From assembly GCA_963666425.2 (NCBI GenBank), contig OY762825.2, positions 1,702,143-1,766,142 on the forward strand: a stretch of 64,000 nucleotides of DNA. The letters are read 5' to 3'. This DNA comes from Bacillota bacterium (GTDB lineage Bacteria; Bacillota; JAAYKD01). Both the position numbers and the translations under genes were made by a program. Within the stretch, counting starts at the first letter, position 1, and the number at the start of each line of letters is the position of its first letter. This document shows positions 9,894 through 19,432 of the stretch, piece by piece. The notes under the pieces are model-generated. The model was not told the origin of the DNA, searched no databases, and saw only the letters and a program-made list of their open reading frames with translations.

Positions 9894-12800
9894 TTATCCC
9901 ACTACCAATTGATTCGTCTTCTTGAGATACTTTGCCGGGATTGGACGCTCCAGCTGCCAGGTGATATTCATTGGCCGGCTGCCATTGTGCTGCACGTAAT
10001 TGGCAAGGCCGAGCAAGCTATAGGGTGCCGTGCCGGCGAGATCTGTCTTGGATTCGCGAACGAACAGCAACACTTTACTGCCGCGCTCGCGGTGATGGAT
10101 ATAACGCTGACCGGTGGGAGAACTCTCTGAGGTCGTGCTCTGGCTTTGCCAATGAAATAAACTTTCATTAATAGAATAATCGTTGTACATCGTCGAGGGA
10201 GAATAATGCTTATCTGATTTGTTCAGGGTTACGAGCAGTATATCTATTTGTTTTTCCGGCAGCCATTTCACTCCTTCACGAATCGTTTTGGGCAGCATAA
10301 AATCCAGGGCAACCAACAGCTGATCACGGGTATACACGCAGTGCAGATCCAGTGGGCAGGCAAAACCCAAATTTAAAGGTTCATCGAGAAAATCGATGCG
10401 GTCGTAGTTATACTGCAGCAGTTTCATCAGCTCCGCAAGCATCACAGGGCTATCGGCAAGTGAGTAAAGATTCTTCAGCACCTCAGCATTGTCCCAATCT
10501 TCCACCGCTTCTTGCCAGATGGTAATGTAGAACATTTGCAGCATGCGTTGTTCCCGCTCCGGCAGTTTGGCAAAATTCACGTCATTCAACCGCGGCAATA
10601 GGTCTAGCAGGAAGGTAATCCACCTGCGGGAATCAATGGATACAATCCGGCTGAACGCTTTTGTCAGCGTCTCCTCGATCGCCTCATCAAAGTTTTCTTT
10701 GGCTCCGGCCAGAACGCAAAGGCGGGCGAAGCTGTATTTTACGTAGATTGTGCGGCTGTCCAGATGGTAATAACCCAGAAAATTTGCTAAATTCAGAGGC
10801 AGACCGCTGTCCTCAACAAAATTGGTAAGTTTGCTGATCAACCCCAACTTTGTACTGAAGGAGCTCTTTATATTTTCTAAAATATAGGCTACGGCTATTT
10901 TCTCCAACTGGATGTAACAGCCTTTCGGTGCGGAGAGAAAACCATTTTTCAACTCGTACTGCACGCTGTGGTTTGAGTTTGCCAGCAATGCTGCAAATTT
11001 CTCTTCAAAGTTATACTTTTTGTTTGCCTGACCGATGAAATCCAGCACGGTCAGGCATTCTTTATTTTCTGTAAGGCGCAGGCCGCGGCCAAGCTGCTGC
11101 AAAAAGATGGTCAGCGACTCGGTTGGCCGCAAGAACAAGACGGTATTGACTTCCGGGATATCTACGCCTTCGTTATAGATGTCCACTACAAAGATGAAAC
11201 GGATCTCCCCGGCTACCAAGCGTTTTTTCGCCGTATTACGTTCTTCATCTGCAGACTCACTCACCAGTGAAATGGACGGCATGCTGTTTTTATTGAAGAA
11301 CTCCGCCATGAATTTGGCGTGCTCTACCGACACACAGAAGCCCAAGCCTTTCAGGTCATGCATGTCTGTTACATACCGTTCCAGAGATTGCAGGATGTTG
11401 CCCGCACGGCGTTCCGCCACGAGGCGATTGAGGGAATAAAGGTTGCTCAGTTCAGACTTATCGTAACCACCGCGCATCCAGCGCAGTTCACTCAGGTCTA
11501 CGGTGTCTGTTACACCAAAATATTGGAAGGGACACAAGAGTTTACGGTCAATGGCTTCCGGCAAACGAATTTCCGCCGCAATACGGCCATCGAAATAGTC
11601 CAGAATACTCTTACCGTCCATGCGCTCCGGAGTTGCAGTCAAGCCTAATAATATTTTCGGTTGAAAGTGGCTCAGCAACTTCTGATAGGTTGGTGCAGCG
11701 GCGTGGTGGAACTCATCAACAATGATGAAGTCGTAGTAATCCGCAGGCAATTTTTCGCAGAATTCCTGAGAATTCAGCGTCTGGATGGAGATGAACAGGT
11801 GATCGAGACCCTCCGGCTGATAGCTGCCGACAAACAATTCACCGAAATTCGGATCCTTCAGCACGCCTTGGAAGGTATCCCGGCTCTGGATTAAAATTTC
11901 TTCCCGGTGAGCTACAAAGAGCAGCCGATTCGCTTGACCGATGTGATCACGATAGAAACGGCGATAATCAAAAGCGGAGATCACTGTTTTGCCCGTGCCC
12001 ATCGCTGACACCACGAGATTGCGATAAAGATGGCGCACTTCGCGTTCCGCACGGAGTTTATCCAGAATTTCCTGCTGAAAAGGATAAGGACGAATGTCAA
12101 AAAAGAAACGTCGACTTTCTTCAGAACCGAAGCGTTCGGCCTTCAATGCTCCGAGCAGGCGCTCGCGTTCTTCTTCTTTATATAATTCAAACTCGGTGGA
12201 ATGCCAATAGTTCTCGAAGGTGGCCGTAATCTTCTCAAGGGTTTCCGGTAAGTCTTTGGCCGTTAGTTTGATGTTCCACTCCAGGCCACTGGAAATAGCG
12301 CTGTTGGAAAGGTTCGATGAACCCACATAAGCTGTGCTGAAGCCGGTGTTACGGTAAAACACATAGGTTTTCGCATGCAGTCGGGTCCGTTTGGTGTCAT
12401 AGGAGATCTTGATCTCCGTATGAGGCAGCTTGCTCAGCTCCTCTACGGCTTTCATGTCGGTTGCGCCCATGTAAGAAGTAGTGATGATGCGGAGCTCACC
12501 GCTACTTCGAGTAAATTCGCGCAGTTCTTCTATAATCAACCGCAGACCACTCCACTTGATGAAAGATACCAACAGATCAATCCGATCGGCGGAAAGGATC
12601 TCTTTTTTCAATTCGGAGAACATTTGCGGTTCATGCACCGCGCCGGTGAACAGGCTGCTTTGAGCAATGGATGTTGTTGGCCGATTCAGATCACTTGCTG
12701 TTTTGCCCAGTATCAGACGGGGATCATTCTCACCCAATAGCGCAAAAAGCTGCTCTGCACGTCCGTCCACAGAGAAAACGGCAAAGTCAGCTTCTTGGGT

Positions 12801-13040
12801 TTCCTGTTCAATCAGTTTGACAATTCGGTTAGAAAGAGCAACCTGTGAGGCTAGATTTCCGCCATTGTCCAGCAAATTGTCCATGCCCTTCTGCACTACA
12901 TCAGAGAGATACTGGGCCAGTATCTTGGATGCTTCCGCTTTATCAATGGGTGCAATTGCCTTACGGGCTTCCTGAACAACAGAAAGCTCGCTGCTGATCA
13001 CTGTATTGATGACTTGTTCATAAAGGCCTGGTTTCAACAT
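9894..13040 (-). CDS. PLD-like nuclease / SF2 (ResIII-type) helicase / DUF3427 fusion protein
   Basis: HKD-type motif RLHAKTYVFY...GSSNLS near the N-terminus. Helicase motif I is AMGTGKT and motif II is IIVDEFHH, with Helicase_C-like motifs following. The C-terminal ~130 aa (...LFHWQSQS...VLLFVRE...YSLLGLANYV...PMNITWQLERPIP) match my recollection of DUF3427. Confidence 0.8.
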   Translation of the reverse strand: MLKPGLYEQVINTVISSELSVVQEARKAIAPIDKAEASKILAQYLSDVVQKGMDNLLDNGGNLASQVALSNRIVKLIEQETQEADFAVFSVDGRAEQLFALLGENDPRLILGKTASDLNRPTTSIAQSSLFTGAVHEPQMFSELKKEILSADRIDLLVSFIKWSGLRLIIEELREFTRSSGELRIITTSYMGATDMKAVEELSKLPHTEIKISYDTKRTRLHAKTYVFYRNTGFSTAYVGSSNLSNSAISSGLEWNIKLTAKDLPETLEKITATFENYWHSTEFELYKEEERERLLGALKAERFGSEESRRFFFDIRPYPFQQEILDKLRAEREVRHLYRNLVVSAMGTGKTVISAFDYRRFYRDHIGQANRLLFVAHREEILIQSRDTFQGVLKDPNFGELFVGSYQPEGLDHLFISIQTLNSQEFCEKLPADYYDFIIVDEFHHAAAPTYQKLLSHFQPKILLGLTATPERMDGKSILDYFDGRIAAEIRLPEAIDRKLLCPFQYFGVTDTVDLSELRWMRGGYDKSELSNLYSLNRLVAERRAGNILQSLERYVTDMHDLKGLGFCVSVEHAKFMAEFFNKNSMPSISLVSESADEERNTAKKRLVAGEIRFIFVVDIYNEGVDIPEVNTVLFLRPTESLTIFLQQLGRGLRLTENKECLTVLDFIGQANKKYNFEEKFAALLANSNHSVQYELKNGFLSAPKGCYIQLEKIAVAYILENIKSSFSTKLGLISKLTNFVEDSGLPLNLANFLGYYHLDSRTIYVKYSFARLCVLAGAKENFDEAIEETLTKAFSRIVSIDSRRWITFLLDLLPRLNDVNFAKLPEREQRMLQMFYITIWQEAVEDWDNAEVLKNLYSLADSPVMLAELMKLLQYNYDRIDFLDEPLNLGFACPLDLHCVYTRDQLLVALDFMLPKTIREGVKWLPEKQIDILLVTLNKSDKHYSPSTMYNDYSINESLFHWQSQSTTSESSPTGQRYIHHRERGSKVLLFVRESKTDLAGTAPYSLLGLANYVQHNGSRPMNITWQLERPIPAKYLKKTNQLVVG

Positions 13041-13222
13041 GCTTGTTCACCTCAAATGGAAATATCTGTAATTTGATGATTGCTGTTGTTCTGCCAAAAA
13101 GTATAGCTTGAATTTCAAACCGATTCAAGTTCTTCTCGGTTCTTTCAGAGATCAATGCAAACATGATATCGCTGCAATACCGATTGATCGGTTCGTAGAA
13201 AGCCTAGGATCAGCCGCAAAAT

Positions 13223-13855
13223 TCAGACAAGAATGTTGTGACCGGAGTTCTTCAGCAATTCAATCTGTTTTTTGGCCTTTTTATCAAGCAAGCTGCCTGA
13301 CAACGCCTTTTCAAGATAACTTTCTATCTCATTGGATGCCTGATACCGATTGATGAAGATGAGCATTGACAGGATGTCAAGAAGGATGGATTTCTGCATC
13401 GTCTCTTTGAAGGAGGCGAGCGGAATCGCGCATAAAGCAGAGCTGATTTTTGCACAAAGCTTCTGTTTATAGGGTATTATCTCACACAAAGACTGAATAC
13501 ACTGCCGCACGGTAATCGGTTTCTCGTCCTGCAGCAGTAATAAATAATCATCGATCGCGGCATCCAGCAAGTCCAGATTATCCCATCTTGTATTGGCAGC
13601 AAGCAGCATTGCCCCGAGGCTCCTTTGATAAGAATTGCTGTTTTTGGTTTTTTGATGGAAAACAGTAAAAAAAGGATAAACATCAGCTGCCTTTTGGGAG
13701 CGAAACTGCAGCAGTAAGAATGCTTGATATCTTAACTTATCATCTTTTTCGGACAGCCATTCTACCAGTTGCGGTAGATCATCTGTTTCTAATTCCATTG
13801 CCGCCTGCGCGATCTGTTCTTTTTCAAGGGAACTTATTTCCTCTTTGGTAATCAT
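13223..13855 (-). CDS. hypothetical protein (helical, HEAT-like repeats?)
   Basis: 210-aa ORF with no recognisable catalytic motif. Confidence 0.4.
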   Translation of the reverse strand: MITKEEISSLEKEQIAQAAMELETDDLPQLVEWLSEKDDKLRYQAFLLLQFRSQKAADVYPFFTVFHQKTKNSNSYQRSLGAMLLAANTRWDNLDLLDAAIDDYLLLLQDEKPITVRQCIQSLCEIIPYKQKLCAKISSALCAIPLASFKETMQKSILLDILSMLIFINRYQASNEIESYLEKALSGSLLDKKAKKQIELLKNSGHNILV

Positions 13856-13936
13856 TAAAAACCCTCCTGAGCAAATAATTAGCTTATTTTGTTTGTTGAT
13901 TCAGGAATGAACGCAAGGAAACCCGGCGAATCAGCC

Positions 13937-14731
13937 TTAGCCCAAGGCGACATCTAAAACCATCATGATCAAGAAACCGAGCATCACGCCTAAAGTGCCG
14001 ATATTGGAATGTTCTCCAAGATGAGCCTCCGGTATCAGTTCCTCCACAACCACATACATCATGGCACCCGCCGCAAACGATAAAAGCCAGGGCATATACG
14101 GTATAATTACGCCGGCGAGCAGCACTGTCAGAATACCAAAAATAGGTTCCACAATTCCGGACATACTGCCAAGGAAAAAGGCCCTTGGCGGACTGACACC
14201 TTCCTGCCGAAGCGGCAGCGAGATGGCGGCTCCCTCCGGGAAGTTTTGTATACCAATGCCGAGCGCCAAAGCCAGGGCGGAAGCATAAACTGCCGACTCA
14301 CCGCCATGTTGCGCAGCCAAAGCGAAGGAAAGACCAACTGCCATCCCTTCGGGGATATTATGCAAGGTGACTGCCATAACCAGCAAAGAGGTTCGTTTCA
14401 TCGAGGAAGACAAACCTTCTCTTGTGTTTTCCTGCGGATGCAAATGTGGAATCAGTTGATCCAACAGGTACAAAAAAGCGATCCCCAGAATAAACCCACC
14501 GGCGGCCGGCAGCCAGCCAATCTGTCCGTTTGCTTCAGCCTCCTCAATCGCAGGGATTAACAGACTCCAAACGGAAGCTGCAATCATGACACCGGCGGCA
14601 AAACCAAGAAATATCTTCTGTATACTGCCGCTCATGGTTTTACGGAATAAAAAAACCATGGCAGCGCCGAGTGTCGTCATGAGAAACGTAAAACCGGTAC
14701 CGGCGCTGGCCCATAATAATGCTTTAATCAT
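13937..14731 (-). CDS. ZIP family metal (zinc) transporter
   Basis: Signature HNIPEGMAVG and IQNFPEGAA motifs, and about 8 TM helices. Confidence 0.85.
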   Translation of the reverse strand: MIKALLWASAGTGFTFLMTTLGAAMVFLFRKTMSGSIQKIFLGFAAGVMIAASVWSLLIPAIEEAEANGQIGWLPAAGGFILGIAFLYLLDQLIPHLHPQENTREGLSSSMKRTSLLVMAVTLHNIPEGMAVGLSFALAAQHGGESAVYASALALALGIGIQNFPEGAAISLPLRQEGVSPPRAFFLGSMSGIVEPIFGILTVLLAGVIIPYMPWLLSFAAGAMMYVVVEELIPEAHLGEHSNIGTLGVMLGFLIMMVLDVALG

Positions 14732-15206
14732 CTCTTCACCTCACTGCCAACTTATTTCCTTTTTCCTTCTATCTATTCCGCATCATAGAATAGAACCCCT
14801 TTTAGCTCTATCGGAAATAACCCGTATTTTGTTTCTATAGAGAATAATTCCATCTGAATCACCGAGTGACGAAGGAACGCGAGAAAATCTTCTCCGGTAT
14901 CGGGAGAGAGTTCCAGGGCTTTTTAAAAAAATGTTGTGGATTTAATGATAGTGTAAGTCGAATTGCCCTACTAGCGTAAGAACGCTTTCAATAAGCTAAA
15001 GATAACGGAGTCCCTTTCTCAACCAGATCTTTTTTCGTTAATTGGGGGATCCTTTGATGAATCCTTGATTGAGCAACAAGCGGATTTTCAGTAGTATTAC
15101 CGGAACGAAGGAGAGAAAATTGCTAGCTATAACCTGCAGTTTGAACGGAATAAGAACGCTCAAACAGCAGGTTATTTTTTGATGTAAATAAGGCTGAAAA
15201 TAATTA

Positions 15207-15234
15207 TTGACATATGTCATAAACCGTGTATAAT
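15207..15234 (+). promoter_or_regulatory. sigma-70-type promoter with overlapping 12-bp palindrome
   Basis: TTGACA (15207-15212), a 16-nt spacer, then TATAAT (15229-15234). The palindrome TGACATATGTCA (15208-15219) overlaps the -35 element, and the half-site ATATGTCA recurs at 15251-15258. Confidence 0.5.
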
Positions 15235-15280
15235 AAGAATTGAAAGCGGCATATGTCAAAAACAAAAGGAGGTGAATGAC

Positions 15281-15553
15281 ATGCCAAGCAGAGATGGGAC
15301 TGGTCCAATGGGTGCGGGAGCAATGACCGGAAGAGGGTTAGGTACATGCGGAGCTCATGCAGTAAAGTATGGTGCCGGCTTGGGATTAGCCTTAGGCTTA
15401 GGTTATGCTTGCAGGCGTGGTTTTGGATGTGGCTTTAGAAATGTTTTTTTTAATCAGAGCTCTACTAAAACACCAAAAGCAGTACTCCAAGAACAAAAAG
15501 AGGCATTGCAAAGACGACTAGAAGTCATCAATCAGCAACTAGAAAATTCATGA
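15281..15553 (+). CDS. DUF5320 domain protein
   Basis: N-terminus MPSRDGTGPMGAGAMTGRGLGTCG plus a C-terminal coiled coil. An AGGAGG RBS lies 8 nt upstream of the ATG at 15281. Confidence 0.7.
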   Translation: MPSRDGTGPMGAGAMTGRGLGTCGAHAVKYGAGLGLALGLGYACRRGFGCGFRNVFFNQSSTKTPKAVLQEQKEALQRRLEVINQQLENS

Positions 15554-15566
15554 GAAATGGCAGGAG

Positions 15567-15593
15567 TAACCAGACTTAGGTCTGGTTATTTCT
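15567..15593 (+). terminator. short hairpin plus U-rich tail (possible partial terminator)
   Basis: TAACCAGAC-TTAG-GTCTGGTTA followed by TTTCT. Confidence 0.35.
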
Positions 15594-15757
15594 GTGCCTG
15601 TTAAGTGAATGCGATTTCGCTTTCTTTGCTTCCCAAAACGAAAACAAAGTGGGAGTTCAATCGGGACTGCGACGCGTGAGACATAGACAATGCAGAAGAG
15701 TTTAGAGAAAGTTACGCAATTAACAACCGAAACAAGGAAATAGAATGGAGGGTTACA

Positions 15758-16123
15758 ATGAAAATAGCAATACCAGTGGAAAGTAAAGGGATCGAATCGG
15801 ATGTATGCCCGTCCTATGGGCGAGCACCATTTTTCCTCTTCTATGATACGGTCACCAAAGAAAGCTATTATTTGGATAACAGTGCCGTCGCCAGCCAAGG
15901 TGGAGCGGGGATCAGAGCGGCTCAGGTTCTGGCAGATCATGGTGTTAAGGCACTGCTAACACCGCGCTGTGGCGAAAATGCCAAAGAGGTTCTGCACAAA
16001 GCGGAGATTTTTATCTATAAATCAATTCCCGGAACAGCCAAACAAAATATAGAGGCCTACTTAGCTGAACAACTCCTCTCTCTCAGTGATTTTCATCCGG
16101 GCTTTCATGGTCATGAAAAATAA
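15758..16123 (+). CDS. NifB/NifX-family (dinitrogenase Fe-Mo cofactor-binding fold) protein
   Basis: MKIAIPVES...VCPSYGRAPFFLFYD... is typical of the NifX/NifB C-terminal domain family. Confidence 0.8.
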   Translation: MKIAIPVESKGIESDVCPSYGRAPFFLFYDTVTKESYYLDNSAVASQGGAGIRAAQVLADHGVKALLTPRCGENAKEVLHKAEIFIYKSIPGTAKQNIEAYLAEQLLSLSDFHPGFHGHEK

Positions 16124-16994
16124 GAGCGTCAAAATTGCCGTGTTGAGTGGTAAAGGGGGTACCGGTAAAACGCTGATTGCCGTTAATTTGGCTGCAGCAG
16201 CCGGGGAATCTGTCTATATTGATTGTGATGTGGAAGAACCAAATGGTTATCTATTTTTCAAACCCGAAGCGGTTGCTGAAGAAGACATCACAGTAAAAAT
16301 ACCTGTTATCACTACAGCGCTATGCAATGGTTGCCGGCAATGTGTGGATTTTTGCAAATTTAACGCGCTTGCTTTCATTAAGAATAAGCCGTATGTCTTT
16401 GAAGAAGTCTGCCACTCCTGCGGTGGTTGTCTGTTGCTTTGCCCAGAAAAAGCAATTACTGAGAAAGAAAAGAAAATTGGAAAAATCAAAAAAGGTGTAT
16501 CCGGTCGCGTCGCTGTCAATACCGGAGTGATGAACACCGGTGAGACTTCCGGTATTCCGATCATAAAAAAACTTTTGCATGAAAATAACAGCCATAACGA
16601 AGTTCCTGTCTTGATCGATTGCCCTCCGGGGAGTGCCTGCATTGTTATGGAAAGTATTAAGGATGCGGATTATTGCATATTGGTCGCTGAACCAACTGTG
16701 TTTGGAGTGCAAAACCTCAATATGGTCTATGATTTGGTCAGGTTATTCGGTAAACCATATGGAGTTGTGCTCAACAAATGCTTGAATGGTGAGAATCCTG
16801 CGGAAAAGTTCTGTATGGAAAAAAGTATTCCAATTTTGGGTCGGATCCCGTTTGATCATGAGCTTGGAACGTTGAATTCAGATGCCAAAATAGTTGTAAG
16901 AGAAAGCGAGCGATTTCGGATATTATTCTCTACCCTGCTTGAAAGCGTGATGAAGGAGGTGCGACATGAAACAATTGTTGATCCTCAGCGGTAA
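16113..16994 (+). CDS. MinD/ParA-type P-loop ATPase with inserted 2x[4Fe-4S] ferredoxin domain
   Basis: Deviant Walker A SGKGGTGKT and two Cys clusters, CNGCRQCVDFC and CHSCGGCLLLCP. The start could be 16107 or 16113, and it overlaps the stop of the upstream gene. Confidence 0.8.
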   Translation: MKNKSVKIAVLSGKGGTGKTLIAVNLAAAAGESVYIDCDVEEPNGYLFFKPEAVAEEDITVKIPVITTALCNGCRQCVDFCKFNALAFIKNKPYVFEEVCHSCGGCLLLCPEKAITEKEKKIGKIKKGVSGRVAVNTGVMNTGETSGIPIIKKLLHENNSHNEVPVLIDCPPGSACIVMESIKDADYCILVAEPTVFGVQNLNMVYDLVRLFGKPYGVVLNKCLNGENPAEKFCMEKSIPILGRIPFDHELGTLNSDAKIVVRESERFRILFSTLLESVMKEVRHETIVDPQR

Positions 16995-17853
16995 AGGCGG
17001 CACTGGCAAGACGACAATCGCCAGTGCTTTCATCAAAATTGCTAACGCTGCAGCTTTTGCCGATTGTGATGTTGATGCGCCAAACCTTCATTTAGTCATG
17101 TTGCTAACCTGCGAGCCAAAGCAGACAGATTATTATGGCATGCCAAAAGCCAGGATAGAGATCAAAAAGTGTACCGCTTGCGGAAAATGTGAAGAGTTTT
17201 GCCGGTTTCAGGCAATTTCCTCCCTTGGAGGGTATAAAGTAGATCCATTTGCCTGTGAAGGCTGTGGTGTTTGTGCAGTAATTTGTCCAGCGGAAGCTAT
17301 TCTATTAAGACCCACGATAGCGGGGAAGATGATGTTGTATACGGATAACGGTAAAGTTTTCTCGACAGCACAATTAAAAATGGGCAGCGGTACTTCGGGA
17401 ATGCTTGTCACCAAGGTGAAAAATCAAATGAAATCAGCCTCGGCGCCAGCTACCGAGTTAGCGATCATCGACGGTTCACCGGGAATTGGCTGTCCGGTCA
17501 TTGCTTCCCTCAGTGGTATTGATATGGTCTTGATTGTTGCGGAACCATCCATCTCCGGGATCAGCGACATGGAACGCATTATAAAAACTGCCGAGACATT
17601 CCAGACCAAGATCGGGGTCTGTGTCAATAAACAGGATACCAATCTCGCGAATACGGAAAAGATCGAAGAATTCTGCCGGGTGAAAGGTCTTGTGTTTACA
17701 GGAAAGATCCCCTTCGATCCGGCAGCGGTTCAGGCTATCAACCAGGGGATGACGATCGTCGACGTTGACTGTCCGTCTGGATCTGCTGTAAAAGAAGTTT
17801 TCAGCAGCAGCCTGAAATTGCTTTACAAGGAAGGCAATCAGCCAAGGGCATGA
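16966..17853 (+). CDS. MinD/ParA-type P-loop ATPase with 2x[4Fe-4S] ferredoxin domain (paralog)
   Basis: SGKGGTGKT, CTACGKCEEFC and CEGCGVCAVICP. It overlaps the previous gene by 29 nt. Confidence 0.8.
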   Translation: MKQLLILSGKGGTGKTTIASAFIKIANAAAFADCDVDAPNLHLVMLLTCEPKQTDYYGMPKARIEIKKCTACGKCEEFCRFQAISSLGGYKVDPFACEGCGVCAVICPAEAILLRPTIAGKMMLYTDNGKVFSTAQLKMGSGTSGMLVTKVKNQMKSASAPATELAIIDGSPGIGCPVIASLSGIDMVLIVAEPSISGISDMERIIKTAETFQTKIGVCVNKQDTNLANTEKIEEFCRVKGLVFTGKIPFDPAAVQAINQGMTIVDVDCPSGSAVKEVFSSSLKLLYKEGNQPRA

Positions 17854-17962
17854 ATAAAAAAGGGTTGGCGTCCACAAAAAACTGGAAACTGTTATGGTCA
17901 TAAAGATCGATATTTTCGTCTGGAAAAGCAGGGAACAATTTTTAAGTAAGGAGATATTGACA

Positions 17963-19162
17963 ATGAGTGAAAAATGTGATCAAAATTATGGCAGCTGCGG
18001 TGAAGTCAGCGAAGATAGAAAAGCAGCGAAAACGGATTTCCGGGTAGATCCGCATGAACTGAGTCATATCAAAAAGGTCATCGGAATTGTCAGCGGAAAA
18101 GGTGGAGTCGGAAAATCTTCGGTAACTTCTCTGCTTGCAGCAGCAATGCAAAGAAAGGGATATCATGTCGCGATACTGGATGCCGATGTCACGGGGCCTT
18201 CTATTCCAAAAGCGTTCGGGATCAATGGGAAGGTATCCGGTGGTGAATTCGGTTGGTTCCCATTGAAGAGTAAAACGGGAATTGACATTATGTCTATCAA
18301 TTTACTCTTGGAAAACGATACCGATCCGGTGATTTGGAGAGGTCCGATTCTGGGTAATACGGTTAAGCAGTTTTGGACCGATGTTATTTGGGGTGATGTG
18401 GACTTTATGTTTATCGATATGCCGCCGGGCACCGGAGACGTACCGCTCACCATTTTTCAGTCGGTAGCGATAGATGGTATTATTATCGTAACCTCTCCGC
18501 AGGAACTTGTTTCGATGATTGTATCAAAAGCGGTTAAAATGGCGGAAATGATGGCGATACCGGTTTTGGGTTTGGTGGAAAATATGTCCTATTTCATCTG
18601 TCCAGATAACGGTAAGAAATATAAAATATTCGGCGAAAGCCATATTGATGAAATTGCTGATCAACACCATCTAAAGATTCTTGCCAAAATTCCGATTGAA
18701 CCAAAAATCTCAGCAGCCTGTGATCAGGGTACGATTGAGTTCCTTCAGGAGGATTGGTTGGATTCTATTGCTCAAATATTAGACAAAACGGAGGAGAAAG
18801 AAATGATGAGAATTGCTATTGCCGGCGAAGGTAACAACGTGACGGAACATTTTGGCCATTGCGTTAATTTCCTGATTTACGATGTGGAAAACGGTAAAAT
18901 TATCAAGGAAGAATCCATTCCGAATCCTGGTCATAAACCGGGTTTTTTGCCAAATTTCCTTGCCGACCGCGGTGTTAAGGTGATAATCAGTGGTGGCATG
19001 GGTGGCGGTGCAGTTGATATTTTTAACGAAAGAAATGTTGAAGTTGTCGTCGGTGCTGCGGGTGATGCCAAAGCAGCTGTTGAAAAGTATCTGAGAGGCG
19101 AACTGAAGACAACGGGATCTGTTTGCCACGAACATCAGCATCAGGATGAATGCGGCAAATAG
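17963..19162 (+). CDS. Mrp/NBP35 Fe-S cluster carrier ATPase fused to a C-terminal NifX-like domain
   Basis: An AAGGAG RBS precedes the ATG at 17963. Motifs: SGKGGVGKSS and the Mrp signature DMPPGTGD. The C-terminal ~110 aa (MMRIAIAGEGNNVTEHFGHC...) resemble the 15758 gene product. Confidence 0.8.
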   Translation: MSEKCDQNYGSCGEVSEDRKAAKTDFRVDPHELSHIKKVIGIVSGKGGVGKSSVTSLLAAAMQRKGYHVAILDADVTGPSIPKAFGINGKVSGGEFGWFPLKSKTGIDIMSINLLLENDTDPVIWRGPILGNTVKQFWTDVIWGDVDFMFIDMPPGTGDVPLTIFQSVAIDGIIIVTSPQELVSMIVSKAVKMAEMMAIPVLGLVENMSYFICPDNGKKYKIFGESHIDEIADQHHLKILAKIPIEPKISAACDQGTIEFLQEDWLDSIAQILDKTEEKEMMRIAIAGEGNNVTEHFGHCVNFLIYDVENGKIIKEESIPNPGHKPGFLPNFLADRGVKVIISGGMGGGAVDIFNERNVEVVVGAAGDAKAAVEKYLRGELKTTGSVCHEHQHQDECGK

Positions 19163-19386
19163 GAGACGGTTTGCGCCCTTCGAGTTTTAAACGGATGAAG
19201 TGATAAATTGATTTCTTACATCCACACCATAAAAAAGTGAGTTGCAAGGAGCGAACCTGGAAGCGCTTAAGATGACAAATAGCAATTTTCACAAGCACGA
19301 GGCGAGTTGCTTGATAAAAAGATTCACTTGTTCTGCACTCAGAGAAGAAACTAGTAGAAACGCCGTTGCGGAATTCAGATGAACGA

Positions 19387-19432
19387 AGAGCAGAGCCGAG
19401 TGGCTGTAAAGGCAGGCACTCGGCTCTGCTCT
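19387..19432 (+). other. 16-bp perfect stem-loop without U tract
   Basis: AGAGCAGAGCCGAGTG (19387-19402) pairs with CACTCGGCTCTGCTCT (19417-19432). Confidence 0.4.

Noticed and set aside
15548-15940. A 130-aa minus-strand ORF overlapping the DUF5320/NifX spacer and the start of the NifX gene.
   Set aside because: It overlaps a well-supported plus-strand gene and a hairpin, has no RBS, and translates to low-complexity sequence.
15758-19162. The Nif-named domains might indicate a nitrogen-fixation locus.
   Set aside because: No nifH/D/K/E/N/B radical SAM core is present. These are NifX-fold and MinD/Mrp proteins only.
19272-19382. A 36-codon ORF (MTNSNFHKHEASCLIKRFTCSALREETSRNAVAEFR) ending just before the 16-bp hairpin at 19387.
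   Set aside because: The SD is weak and there is no recognisable family. The evidence is insufficient to call a gene.
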